Shown here: positions 41,725 through 53,062 of the stretch, in pieces
Layout of the letters: every line of letters starts with the position of its first letter
How positions within the stretch are numbered: position 1 is the stretch's first letter
Source of the DNA: Octopus sinensis
Taxonomy: Eukaryota
NCBI RefSeq assembly: GCF_006345805.1
Contig: NC_043015.1
Span: forward strand, 24,304,001-24,368,000
Direction: 5' to 3'
DNA: 64,000 bases
The notes under the pieces: model-generated
What the model saw: only the letters and a program-made list of their open reading frames with translations
Databases searched by the model: none
What the model was told of the DNA's origin: nothing
Program-made: the position numbers and the translations under genes

Positions 41725-42262
41725 ATTATATAAAAGGGCTTAGTAAAATAAATTACTTTGCCGCATACTGAACTCATTAGAAATAGCAGCTAAAAAAACT
41801 TTTTTAAAACTATTTCTAATACTTAAAGACAATCTCTCTCATATAGTGTTTGCTCAATTCAACTCACGAAAGTATGGGGGTAGAGACATTAAAAAATCAA
41901 TGCAAAGGTTATTTGAGAACGTACGTTTCAAGATTAGTCAAACTCGACTGAGTTTGACTAATCTTGAAACGTACGTTCTCAAATAACCTTTGCATTTGAT
42001 TTTTTAATGTCTCTACCCCATACTTTCGTGAGTTGAATTGAGCAAACACTATATGAGAGGTTTTCTTTAAGTATTAGAAATAGTTTAAAAAGTTTTTTTT
42101 AGCTGCTATTTCTAATGAGGTCAGTATGCGGCAAAGTATTTATTTTACTAAGCCCTTTTATATAATGTAATAATTTGAATTCGCCTTAAATGGTCCCTTT
42201 GCATACTGAATACTTGGTGAATTGATTATTAATTAATTTTTACCCTCAATTGTTGAAATTAT
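41725..42262 (+). mobile_element. Third member of the family, with a 220-bp 5' fold-back
   Basis: Arms 41725-41945 and 41950-42166 are near-perfect inverted repeats. The right arm carries a hammerhead 3' half (GAAACGTACGTT) and the element ends in TACCCTCAATTGTTGAAATTATA-(TA)n. Confidence 0.6.
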
Positions 42263-42537
42263 ATATAAATATATATATTACAATATAATATATATATATA
42301 TTATATATAATATATATATATATATAATATATATACATATATATTATATATATATATATATACATATATATATACATATATATAATACATATATATATAC
42401 ATATATATATATATATATTATAGATATATATATATATATATATATATGTATAACTTAGAATAACTTAGAAAGTTTTTGGCCAGTATTGGCCCAGGCCATG
42501 TCTAACTTAATAGCACCACCTGGTGAAGTCTTTCAGT

Positions 42538-45500
42538 TCAGGATTTGGGCACCAAGGCCCATTCGAGCAGAGAGTTATTGTTTGCGGAGACATATCCGGG
42601 TGTGGGTGGTTTGTCCGGTACTGTTTGAAGGAATTTGTCCAAAGACTTCTTGAATTTTGTGTGGTCAGTTTCTTTTTTGACGTGCCCTGGTGTAATGTTG
42701 AAGAGAGCAGGTCCAATTGAGGTGAAATAGTTGTGCCGTATTGTCGTTATGTGATGCGATTTAGATTTTTGTTGTGGACGGATGGCACGTGGTCCAAGCC
42801 TTGGATGCATTTTGAAGGTGATGCCAACATCATTCGGACAGTGCTGGTGGAATATTTTCCACATCATACAGATAATGTATCGTTCACGGCGTCGTTGGAG
42901 TGAATACAATTTCAGCTTCTCTAGTCTACCCCAGTAGTCAAGGTCTGACATGCCATCTATCTTTTTTGTGATTGACCTTTGGGGAGCTTCAATTCTCATA
43001 ATATTTTGTTTTGTGTAGGGAGACCACAGTGGACAGCAGTATTCAAGCTGCTGTGGTGGATTCCAGCGATCCTTCAAAGTGCAACGAGCTGAAAACCGCT
43101 ACAGCTTTTTTTCAGTTTCTTGCATGGTAAGCTCCCAGTCAAATTGAAGAGGAGATAATATGCCCTATCCAGGGGGTAGCAGCAGATGCTAAAAATCAGG
43201 TATCACTCTGACCTGGGGTCGGGCAAAAGTGGAGAAGAGAAGGATAATAGCGTGGGAATCTCTCGACTGGAAGGTTCTGAGAATCCAGGAACACATTCTG
43301 CGGGCCATGTCAAATTTGCTGCTTATATGTGTAGCCCAGCTTATGTTGTTGTCCACTGTTACTCCCAGGTCTCTGATGTTGTTGGATGCCATGAGAATTT
43401 CTCCAGAAGGAAGAGAGTATGGGAGTTTCAGAGCGTCCTCCCTTCCAAAGTGGATCAGTTCAATTTGTCTTCATTTAGCAACATGTTATTCTTTTCCGCC
43501 CATTGGACAACAGCCAGTAGGTAGGTCTGACTGAAGGTTTATTCGGTCATCCACGCCATTGATGACCTTCTGGAGCTTGGAGTCATCAGCGAAGGTTCTG
43601 ATGTTACTGTGTTTGGGATCAGTAATATCATTTATGTAGATGATGAAGAGAAGTGGGCCCAACACAGTGCCTTGTGGGACACCACTGCTGACTTTGGCTG
43701 GGCTGGATTTGACTCCTTCGACTACAACATGTTGGGTTCTGTTAGACAGGAAGCACTTGATCCACTGCAGCAAGCTTTCCAGTGACACCAATATTGGACA
43801 GCTTTCTCAGAAGGATCTTATGATCAACCCTGTCAAAGGCCTTGCTGAAATCAAGGTAGATGACATCAGTGTTGGAACCTCTCCCAAGGCTCTCAAAATG
43901 TCATCAAAATGATGCAGTAGCTGCGTCAGGCAATCTCTCCCATTACGGAATCCATGCTGGTTGGGGTTCAGCATATTATGCCTCTCAAGAAGTGAGTCAT
44001 ACGCGATCTCAGCACCCTCTCAAATACCTTGATGATATGAGAGGTGAGTGAGATTGGACGGTAATTCACGGCAAGCGATTTGTTTCCTTTTTTGAAAACT
44101 GGGACAACAGACTGGCATAGAAGGTCCTCTGGTATATATCCAGCATCCAGTGAGTTCCGCCACAGATTGGCTAGAGGGGGTGCAAGTTGGTTTTGACACA
44201 TCTTCAAGACACAAGCAGGGAACCTATCGGGACCTACTGCTGAATTATGCTTCATTTCCTTTATTGCTGCTAAGACATCAGGAGCGCCAAATGTTATGTC
44301 CGATAAAGTGTATTGGGGAGTAACATCACTGATACAGCCCAGATCAGTCATATCAGGATTGCTGAAAACAGAGCAATATTGTTTCTGCAATATCTCTCCC
44401 ATGGTTTTGGCATTGTCTTGAAGAGTACCATTTTCATCAATCAGAGGGCCAACAGTAGAACCAGTGACTCTGTGTTTTTTTTGCAAATGAAAAGAACACT
44501 TTGGGATTGAGTTTGATCTTCTCAATGGCCCAGGCCTCTTCAGCTCTTCGCTGACTATTGATGATAGACATCATGTTGTTTTGGAGTTTATGTTTTTTAA
44601 TCTCTAGCGACGAGATGGCAGTCAGGTTGGTGTGTTGCTGTTGACAGTATTTCAGCATGTTGATCTTTTTGTTGATTCTTTTAATTTTCCTTATGAGAGA
44701 TTTTCTATTTCTAGGGATTCGACACTTAGATTTGTTTGCAGATCTTAATGGGGTGTGTCTTGCACATATGTTCGTGATGGTGTCTACAAGTGACTGCCAG
44801 GACTTTTTAATGTTAGTGGGTGTGTATGTGTGCGTGAAGACCAATCGACTTGTGCAAGATCATTATTGATCGCTTCCCAGTTTGCATTGTGGAAACCATA
44901 GTGTCAAATGGATGAACAGGAGGGATGACATTTGTTTTGCATTTTGGCCAGTGAAATCTCAGATCACAGAGAACCATGTCATGGTCGGAGAGTAGGGTTT
45001 TCTCCACTGCAATATTGTGGATAGTATCAGTGTGATTGCTGAAAATTAAGTCTAAGACGTTTTTGTGACATCTCGTTGGTTCGAGTACCAGTTGGGACAA
45101 GAAGAAGTCATCCATGAAGTCAAGAAGCGATTCCACTGCCTCCCTGTCAGGGGTTGAGAAGAACCTGGCGGCAGACTGTTTGTAGACCAGTCAACCCCGG
45201 GAAGGTTGAAGTCTCCCATCATTAAAATGTTGTCAGGTTGACACTGCTGAATGAAACACTTTATGCTGTTGAGGCATTCTTGAAGCATGGTAGGGGCGTT
45301 GGGGTGGTCTGTAGAGCCCAACTACTGTTAAGTTGTTGGTTTGACTGAATACAGCGACTGCTTCGCAGTATCCATTGAAAATATGTTCATGGCTTCTGTT
45401 GAGAATGAATCATGGACATAAATGGCAGTCCCACCCTTTCTTCTGCCAGCACGATCAGCACGAATGGTTTTGAAATTTTTAACTTTCACCTCGGCTTCCA

Positions 45501-45711
45501 AGTGGAGGTCACTAAGATGGGTTTCAGTGAGGACGAAGAAAGGGATGTGGTTTGGATGGGCCTCGACCCAGTCCTCCAGGAATCTTATCTTCCATTTTTG
45601 TGTATTGGTGGAAGGGCTGATGCCTTGGGCATTAAGCAGAAATGTTGAGGCGAGAGTGGATGGTTTTAATTGTTTTGGTGATTTGTTTATTTGATTGCTT
45701 TTTAATGGCAT
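42538..45711 (-). pseudogene. L-A ORF2 endonuclease/reverse transcriptase, multiple frameshifts
   Basis: ORF track pieces 45328-45711, 45052-45321, 44813-45136, 44437-44844, 43968-44525, 43486-43791, 43189-43392 and 42538-43077 are collinear parts of one LINE ORF2. The ATG overlaps the ORF1 stop. Confidence 0.92.
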
Positions 45712-46938
45712 GTGCAGTGGGGTATTTGTGGTGGATGGTGGTGGGTGATAGCTCGGATGTTTTTTTCCAGTTCTTTTGCTAGATTCATCATAGCTAAAAA
45801 AGAGGAAGTAGAGGTGGTTTCTTGTCTAGGGAACCGCAGGTGACTGTGGCCGCGGCTATTTTTATGTGAGTGGTTATCTTTAAATGTCCGACGAGTCCCC
45901 GGGAGATGGGTAAAGGGGCAATCCCTGTGCAGACACAATCTGTCTCGCTGGGAATAGCGGCAGATTTGGGGATTCCTTGTTTGAGATATTGGTGGTTGTG
46001 GTGGTGTTGTATTATGGTGGTTGCTGTTGTAGTTTGTGGGGATAGAGCGTTTTGTTCCAGGTAAATGGGTGAATTTGCAGTCTCTATCAGTGCACAGTCT
46101 ATGGCGAAGAGAATATCGGCAAATGATGGGGTTTCGAGTGGGTGTGTAGGTGCGTGTGTTGTGTGAGTTGTGAAAGGTGTAGATGATAGTTTGTTGAAGT
46201 TTTGGCGACCTTTGTGACCTGTAGGAGGTAATTCCTTGAGATAGCATTAGTAGTAGTAGTTGTAGTAGTAGTAGTAGGTAGAAGAGATGTTGACAGTGGT
46301 AATGATTGAGGAGGTCGATTCCAAGACAAAGATGTTTGTCGATACATAGTTGGAGTTGTACTAGTAGTAGTAAGCAGAGGAGATGGTGTTGACAATGATG
46401 ATGATTGAGCTGCTGGGGCAGTGAAAGGAAGGGGTGGTGCTTCCTGCTGTGTGACCCTGATGACTGGGGGGTCAATCGTTTCGTTTAGCAAATCGGCCAT
46501 TGTAGATGAATCGAGGAGTGGTTCATCCTGTTGTTGTTGCTGTATCTGTTGTTGTTGTTGCCGCTGAGTTTGTTGTTGAGGTTGTTGTTGTTGTTACCGC
46601 TGAGGTTGTTGCTGCTGAAGTTGTTGTTGTTGCTGTAGCTGTTGTTGTTGTTGAGGTTGTTGTTGTTGTTGTTGCGCCGGTGATGCGTTCGAAGAGAAAA
46701 CACATCTCAGTTTATCGAAGTGTTTATTTATTAATTTAAAAGCAACTTCGATTTGTTTTAATTTATTTTGTATCTGCTCTTCAGATCGAGTTTGCAAATG
46801 GTGAACTGCTCGTTTAGCAATTTCGTTCAGATACGAAGCACCTATGCTCTCTGTTTCGGTAAGGCCATGCCATGTGTTGATAAGAACGTCGACTTCATTA
46901 TCAGACCAGTTTTTGTTGGATTTTTGGTGGCTAGCCAT
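45702..46938 (-). pseudogene. L-A ORF1: Myb/SANT-like domain, polyQ, P/T/S-rich linker, two CCCH zinc fingers (disrupted)
   Basis: ORF 46594-46938 (NWSDNEVDVLINTW...RSEEQIQNKLKQI) is in frame with 46099-46500 across a CAA>TAA stop inside the polyQ tract. One frameshift near 46240 leads to CRYSLRHRLCTDRDCKFTH (46065-46121) and CRYSQRDRLCLHRDCPFTH (45906-45962). Confidence 0.8.
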
Positions 46939-47305
46939 TCTGGTTGATATGTTTTATTAAATTTTATTTTGTTCGTTTGTTTTGTTGATTACTTTTAATT
47001 ATTTTATTTTATTTTATTTTATTTCTTATTTTTTTTTAAGGAGAAGTATGTAGAATTGATTGTACAGAATGTTTGCTGTAATACTGAGAAGTTTGTATTT
47101 GAATTATGAGATTGTAGTTATTTTATCTTTCTTTTCTTTTCTTTTTTTCCCCTCTTTTTCTAATTTTTAATGTGTGGGTGATCCTTTAGTTATCAGAAGG
47201 TGTTTGAAAATATTTGGTCGTTTGAAAATTATGAAAATAGTTTGTGGTTAAGGAAAAGTCTACTCACGAGTTGGGAAAAAGCGTGGTTTCAAATATACAG
47301 GAATA

Positions 47306-47309
47306 TATG

Positions 47310-47356
<47 letters not shown>

Positions 47357-47463
47357 GTATATATATATGTATAATATATATATATATTATATATGTATAT
47401 ATATATGTATATTATATATATATATATGTATATATATATGTATATATGTATATATATATATAT

Positions 47464-47498
<35 letters not shown>

Positions 47499-47687
47499 GT
47501 ATTATATATATGTATATATAATATATTATATATATATATATATATATGTATAATATATGTATATATATATATAGTATATATATATATGTATATATATATG
47601 TATATAATATATATATGTATATATATATATATAATATATATATATATATATGTGTATATATATGTATATAATATATATATATGTTTA

Positions 47688-47726
<39 letters not shown>

Positions 47727-47730
47727 TATA
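47306..47730. repeat. (TA)n-rich spacer between the two LINEs
   Basis: Direct reading. Confidence 0.95.
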
Positions 47731-47797
47731 AATCCTTCAAAATGTTTTAGCCCGAAGGCTGCGGCCATGCTGGGGCACCACCGCTGAATGAGCTACA

Positions 47798-49324
47798 CTA
47801 ATTTGTGAATCCACCTCTGATACGTGGCACTTGATCAACAAGGGAGTTCGATGCTGCTGCCCGCATCTGCGTCTCCTGTCGTGAGGTAGGTTCATATGGG
47901 ACTCCCGACAAGAAGAGATCCAGTTTAGTTTTAAAGAAACCCACATCCACACCATGTAAGTCTCTCAGGCATTTGAGGAGGATGTTAAAGAGCTGTGGTC
48001 CTCTGAAACCCAAGCTGTTGCAGTATCTGGACCTGTATCTTGATGGTGATGTTGGAATCTTTGGCACCATACAGTGGCGCTCCGTTCTGTGGTTGGGGTA
48101 ACTTTGAATGCCAAAGTTTGGAACAAGACCCTCCAGGATTTTCCAGATGTATATCACCACATATCTCTTCCGCCTCCGCTCTAGGGAGAAGAGGTTTAAT
48201 ACCTTCAGTCTTTCCCAGTAGCTGATATTTTGCATTGAGACGATTTTCTTTGTATAGCTTCTCTGAATTGCTTCGATATCTGCTGTTAGTTTTATATTGC
48301 GTGGTGACCAGTGTTGGGAGCTGTAGTCCACGCGGCTGAGGACGAATGTTTTCCAGAGGACCATCAGTGTCTCCTTCTCTCTTGTTGTGAAAGTTCGGGG
48401 AATCCAACCAGCTAGCCGTCTGCATTTTATCACCAGATTAGTAATATGCACTTGGAAAGATGCATCATTGCTCATGTCAATGCCCAGGTCACACACTGAT
48501 TTTGACTCAGGGATTGCAATTCTTCCTGGGCCAGTGTATCCAATCTGCACGTCGTTTACCTTTGTGTACCAGTAACTCAGGGCCTGGAACTTACCTGCAT
48601 TAAACTGCATGTTGTTGTCCTCAGCCCATCTGTATATTGTGTCCAACTCCTGTTGCAGATGCGCAATATTTTCAGGGTTTTGTATTGCGTGGGAGACTTT
48701 TGTGTCATCTGCATAGCTAGCAAGGGTGGTCATCGTAGCAACTGAAGGCATGTCTGAAAGGGCCACTATGAACATCAGTGGCCCCAAGAGAGTGCCCTGT
48801 GGGACACCGCTTGTTATTTGTGTTTCCTTGGAGGCGGCTCCATTGCTCACAACTGCCTGTTTTCTGTCTTTTAGGAAGTTGTGCAGCCACTCTCCAAGTT
48901 TTCCGCCTATGCCGAGACCACGCAGTTTGTGACAGATCATACCATGGTCGATCTTATCAAAGGCTTTTGCAAAGTCGAGATATATTATATCCACATTTGA
49001 GCCAATTAGTAGATGTTTCAACACCCAGTCATAGAGTTGCAGGAGCTGTGTTAGGCAGCTTCTACCTGGGCGAAATCCATGCTGGGTGTCAGACAGCAAG
49101 TCATTTTCTTCAAGGAACATGATTAGTTTCTTACGGACTATTCGTTCCATGACTTTGCTGATGTGTGAGGTCAGAGTGATAGGCCTATGATTTTTAGCAT
49201 CTGCTCTGCTACCTCCCTTATGGATAGGGCATATTATCTCCTCTTTCAATTTGACTGGGAGCTTACCACTTGCAAGAAAGCTCTGAAAAAGAAGCTGTAG
49301 CGGTTTTGCAGGGCTCGTTTGCAC
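47798..49324 (-). CDS. LINE reverse transcriptase domain and C-terminus of L-B ORF2 (open 508 aa)
   Basis: NHRPITLTSHISKVMER, QHGFRPGRSCLTQLL, YLDFAKAFDKIDH, GVPQGTLLGP, YADDTK, LNLFSLERRR. Confidence 0.9.
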   Translation of the reverse strand: MQTSPAKPLQLLFQSFLASGKLPVKLKEEIICPIHKGGSRADAKNHRPITLTSHISKVMERIVRKKLIMFLEENDLLSDTQHGFRPGRSCLTQLLQLYDWVLKHLLIGSNVDIIYLDFAKAFDKIDHGMICHKLRGLGIGGKLGEWLHNFLKDRKQAVVSNGAASKETQITSGVPQGTLLGPLMFIVALSDMPSVATMTTLASYADDTKVSHAIQNPENIAHLQQELDTIYRWAEDNNMQFNAGKFQALSYWYTKVNDVQIGYTGPGRIAIPESKSVCDLGIDMSNDASFQVHITNLVIKCRRLAGWIPRTFTTREKETLMVLWKTFVLSRVDYSSQHWSPRNIKLTADIEAIQRSYTKKIVSMQNISYWERLKVLNLFSLERRRKRYVVIYIWKILEGLVPNFGIQSYPNHRTERHCMVPKIPTSPSRYRSRYCNSLGFRGPQLFNILLKCLRDLHGVDVGFFKTKLDLFLSGVPYEPTSRQETQMRAAASNSLVDQVPRIRGGFTN

Positions 49325-50778
49325 GATTTGAGAAGGATCGCTGGGAATCCACCAGGTCCAGCAGCTGAGTTTGTGTCAATCTCATCTATGGCTAGTGTGA
49401 TATCATCATCTTCGATGTTGATGTACTCAACTTTTGCCTCTTTGGCCGCAGGTAAAAGTGGCAAAGAATTCTTCTGGGTTGTTTACTTGCCTGTGTCCTA
49501 GAGGTGTAGTGAACACACTTTGGAATTGTTCGTTCAGTATTTCAATTATCCTCGTGGGATTTCCTGTGAGAGAGCCATCTTTTTGGAAGAGAGATCCTAT
49601 TCTGTGGTAAAGAAAGCTTTAGGGTTTGATTTTATATTTTCTATTACCCAAGCTTCTTTATTTGCTCTCTCCTTTTCATGGGACTGATGCAGACTTTTCT
49701 CAGTTTCCATTAGCATTCTCTTGAGCCGAGACTTCTCACCACTTTTTGTGTGCTTGCTCAGGCGGTTCGCAATCCTTGTCCGTCGTCTCATAAGAATCTT
49801 CCTTTCTCTAGGGATCCTGTTTTTGTTTTTGTGTGTGCTGGCCCTGCACACTGGGACATATTTGTCACATATGGCTTGTATTATGGACATGAAGTGTTTG
49901 TGTTTCATGTTTATGTCCGGTGTGGAGAGACATTTAAGCCAATTCTATTTGAGGATCTCTTTCTCAATCAACTTCCAGTTTGCTCTATGAAAGTTTAAGT
50001 TGGAGAGATGGTGGATGCTTCGTATAGGCTGTGTGTCTACGGGGGCTTTTGTTCCATACATAGACAGCTCTATTATGTTGTGATCCGAGATCATTGTCGG
50101 CATCACATTAACATTATGGATAATATCCATATTGTTTGTGAAGCAGAGATCCAGTATATTATCTGCCCTTGTTGGTTGCAGAACTATTTGCTCCATGAAA
50201 GAGGCATTGTGAGATGGAGCAGGGACTCTGCCTGTGCCTGCTGATGGTGTGTCATCCTGGGAGCACCTGCCCCCCAGGCCATTCCACATTGGGGAGGTTA
50301 AAGTCACCCATGAAGAATACACTGTTGTGTTGTTCAAGGTTGGTGAGGACTTCTCCTATTTTTGTTAGGCAGTCTTCAAACATGCCTGAGTGATTTGGGG
50401 CATCTGGGGGGCGATATGTAGTGCATATGACGATATTCAGTTGTCTTATGTGTACAATTTGAGTTTCACACACTGAGTTTGAATATGACAACGGGACCTG
50501 GGGCGTGAGGTCATCTCGGATGTACATTGCAACTCCACCATGGCTCCTCCCTTTTCTATCTGTGCGTATGACTGCATATTGCGGCATGTGTACTTCTGCA
50601 TCACCTATATCGGGTTCAAATGTGTTTCTGTGAGTGCCATGCATATTGCTTGATTGCATGTCAGAAGGTCTCTCAGGAATGAGATTTTCCTTTTACAGTT
50701 TCCGCGCAGCAGCCCTCCTACGTTCAGTAGAAATATTTTTGTTGTATGTGTGTTGGTGTTGGTGTCTGTGGTGGCCAT
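49246..50778 (-). pseudogene. L-B ORF2 N-terminal APE endonuclease and linker, frameshifted
   Basis: ORF pieces 50605-50871, 50252-50659, 49945-50337, 49597-49908 and 49246-49464 carry successive APE/linker motifs. The probable ATG (MATTD) is at 50778. Confidence 0.88.
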
Positions 50779-51547
50779 CCTGCATCTGTTGGTGGTGGCC
50801 TTATGTGGTGGTAGTTCCAGCTTTGTTCTTGTTGCCAGGTCAGCTGCTGAACAATATTTTGTGCCATGCACAAAAAAGATTGCTGTTCAGCTGCTGCCCT
50901 TCTCACATCTGGGTGAAGCTGGCCATTTGTTGGGTTACCGCGCACCACATCCGCATATCGTCTTTCAGGAGTAGTCAGTGCGCTTTTTTTCATTCTTTTA
51001 TATTTTTCTTTTTCTTTTTCTTTCTTTTTGTTCTCCCCAAGGGAGGGACACCTGTCTCGCGTCCGTGCGGTTTTGGTAGGGCCTCTAGTGTGCAAAGCGA
51101 CAGTTCGCACCTTCGACGCCGTACCAGCAGTCCCCCTTCAGGTAGAATTTGCAGATGTTTCTTTCTTTGCCATTATAGTTCTTGCTGGGGTCCTTTTGTT
51201 TTCTCTGGACAGGGTTTCTTCTAGCTTTGATTTTGTTGCCTTTTACCTCCTGTTTCCCATCAATTTTAGGGTGCTTTTCTTTTCTTGCGGCAATCGCACC
51301 TCTTTCGTCTTGGCCTTCCCTGGTGCCGTCACCTCCTAGGATGATGTCCAGAGTGTCTACATGTTGCCTCATTAGAGCGTATGAACGGATAAATTCTCGT
51401 TTCTTTCGCTCTATCTGGGCGGTGGTTCTTCAAAAATCATCATTGCTCTTCATTACCGCTGCAATGATGTTGTTCGGCGAGTCGTCCTCGTAATATTCCA
51501 AGCGCGGACGAACATTGCAACCTCTCCGCAGACCAGTTTCTTGACAT
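50724..51547 (-). pseudogene. L-B ORF1: Myb/SANT-like N-terminus, Lys-rich linker, one CCCH finger (disrupted)
   Basis: Manual reconstruction across two 1-nt deletions and one stop gives MSRNWSAEEVAMFVRAW...RTTAQIERKKREF, then CKFYLKGDCWYGVEGANCRFAH (51088-51153) and a C-terminal SFL helix also seen in L-A ORF1. Confidence 0.72.
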
Positions 51548-51599
51548 TTCGCCTGAGATATAGTGAGAGTGAAATATAGGAACAGAGAGAGAAGGAAAG

Positions 51600-52488
51600 G
51601 TAAGATAGATATATATGTATATATATATATACATATATATTCATGTATATATGTATATATATATATATATATATTTGTGTATATATATTATATGTATATA
51701 TACGTATGTTATAATATTTATATGTATATATATATGTATATATGTATATATATATATAATATATATGTATATATTATATGTATATATATGTATAATATAT
51801 ATCTTATATATATATGTATGTATATATATATGTATATATGTATATATATATATATATGTATGTATATATCTAGAATTATATATGTATATTATAGTATGTA
51901 TTTATCTATAATGGATATTATATATATATATATATGTATATATATATAGATATATATACTATGATATCTATATATATCTTATGTATATATATATATGTAA
52001 TATATAGTATTATCGATATATAATATATGTATAATATATATATATATATCTATATGTATGTATGTATAAATATATATGTAATATATATATATTTATGTAT
52101 GTATATATATATAGATATATATATATGTGTATATATTGTATATATCTGTATATATAAATATCTGTATATATATATGTATATATGATATGTATATATATAT
52201 ATGTATATATATATATAATGTCTATGTATATGTATATATATATATACCTATATATATATACACATATATATATACCATACATATATTCCTATACATATAT
52301 ATATATACACATACACTATATACTATATATATATATACTATTATATACATATATCTATATATATACTATATATATATATTAACTATATATATACATATAA
52401 TATAATATACATATATACATATATATATATACATATATATATATAATCATATATATCATATATATATATATATACATATAATATATGT

Positions 52489-52521
<33 letters not shown>

Positions 52522-53026
52522 CCTATAAATGCTCGTTTCTTTCACTCTATCTGGGCGGTGGTTCTTTAAAAATCATTGCTCTTAAGCACCGCTGCAATGA
52601 GGTTGTTCGGCGAGTCGTCCTCGGTAATCTTCCAAGCGCGGCTGAACAATTGCATCTCTTTCACAGACCAGTTTTGTGACATGTTCGCCTGAGATATAGT
52701 GAGAGTGAAATATAGGAACAGAGAAAGAAGGAAATATAAGATAAGATAAGATATATATGTATATTATATATATATATGTATATATATATGTATATATATA
52801 GATATATGTATATACATATGTATATATTATGTATATTATATAGGTATATTATATATATGCATATATATGTATATATATATATGATATACATAATGTATAT
52901 ATATGTATATATATATGTATATATATATATGCATATATATATGTATATATATATATATATATAAGTCTATATGTGTATCTTATACATGTATATATCTAAT
53001 ATTCGTATATATGTATATATATTATA

Positions 53027-53062
<36 letters not shown>

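Larger units (their letters stand above)
42451..47305 (-). mobile_element. Full-length CR1-like LINE (element L-A): 5' UTR, ORF1, ORF2 (APE endonuclease + RT), 3' stem-loop tail
   Basis: APE motifs (FLLNAQG, LTETHL, RKGGTAIYV, GDFNLP, LDLIF, SDH) and RT motifs (NYRPISLTSHIIKVFE, GVPQGTVLGPLLFIIYIND, FADDSK) in consecutive minus-strand ORF pieces. The 3' end has a hairpin plus (TTCTAAGTTA)2; both flanks are (TA)n. The 5' boundary is approximate. Confidence 0.92.
47731..51610 (-). mobile_element. Full-length CR1-like LINE (element L-B), a second family, head-to-tail with L-A
   Basis: APE pieces (FLLNVGGL, LTETHL, SHGGVAMY, YRPP, GDFNLP, LDLCFTN, ISDHN) and an uninterrupted 508-aa RT ORF. The 3' tail is GGTGCCCCAGCATGGCCGCAGCCTTCGGGCTAAAAC; both flanks are (TA)n. 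Confidence 0.93.

Noticed and set aside
43186-51493. Plus-strand ORFs overlapping the LINEs (e.g. 43186-43524, 48778-49122, 50634-51224)
   Set aside because: Antisense shadows of LINE coding sequence.
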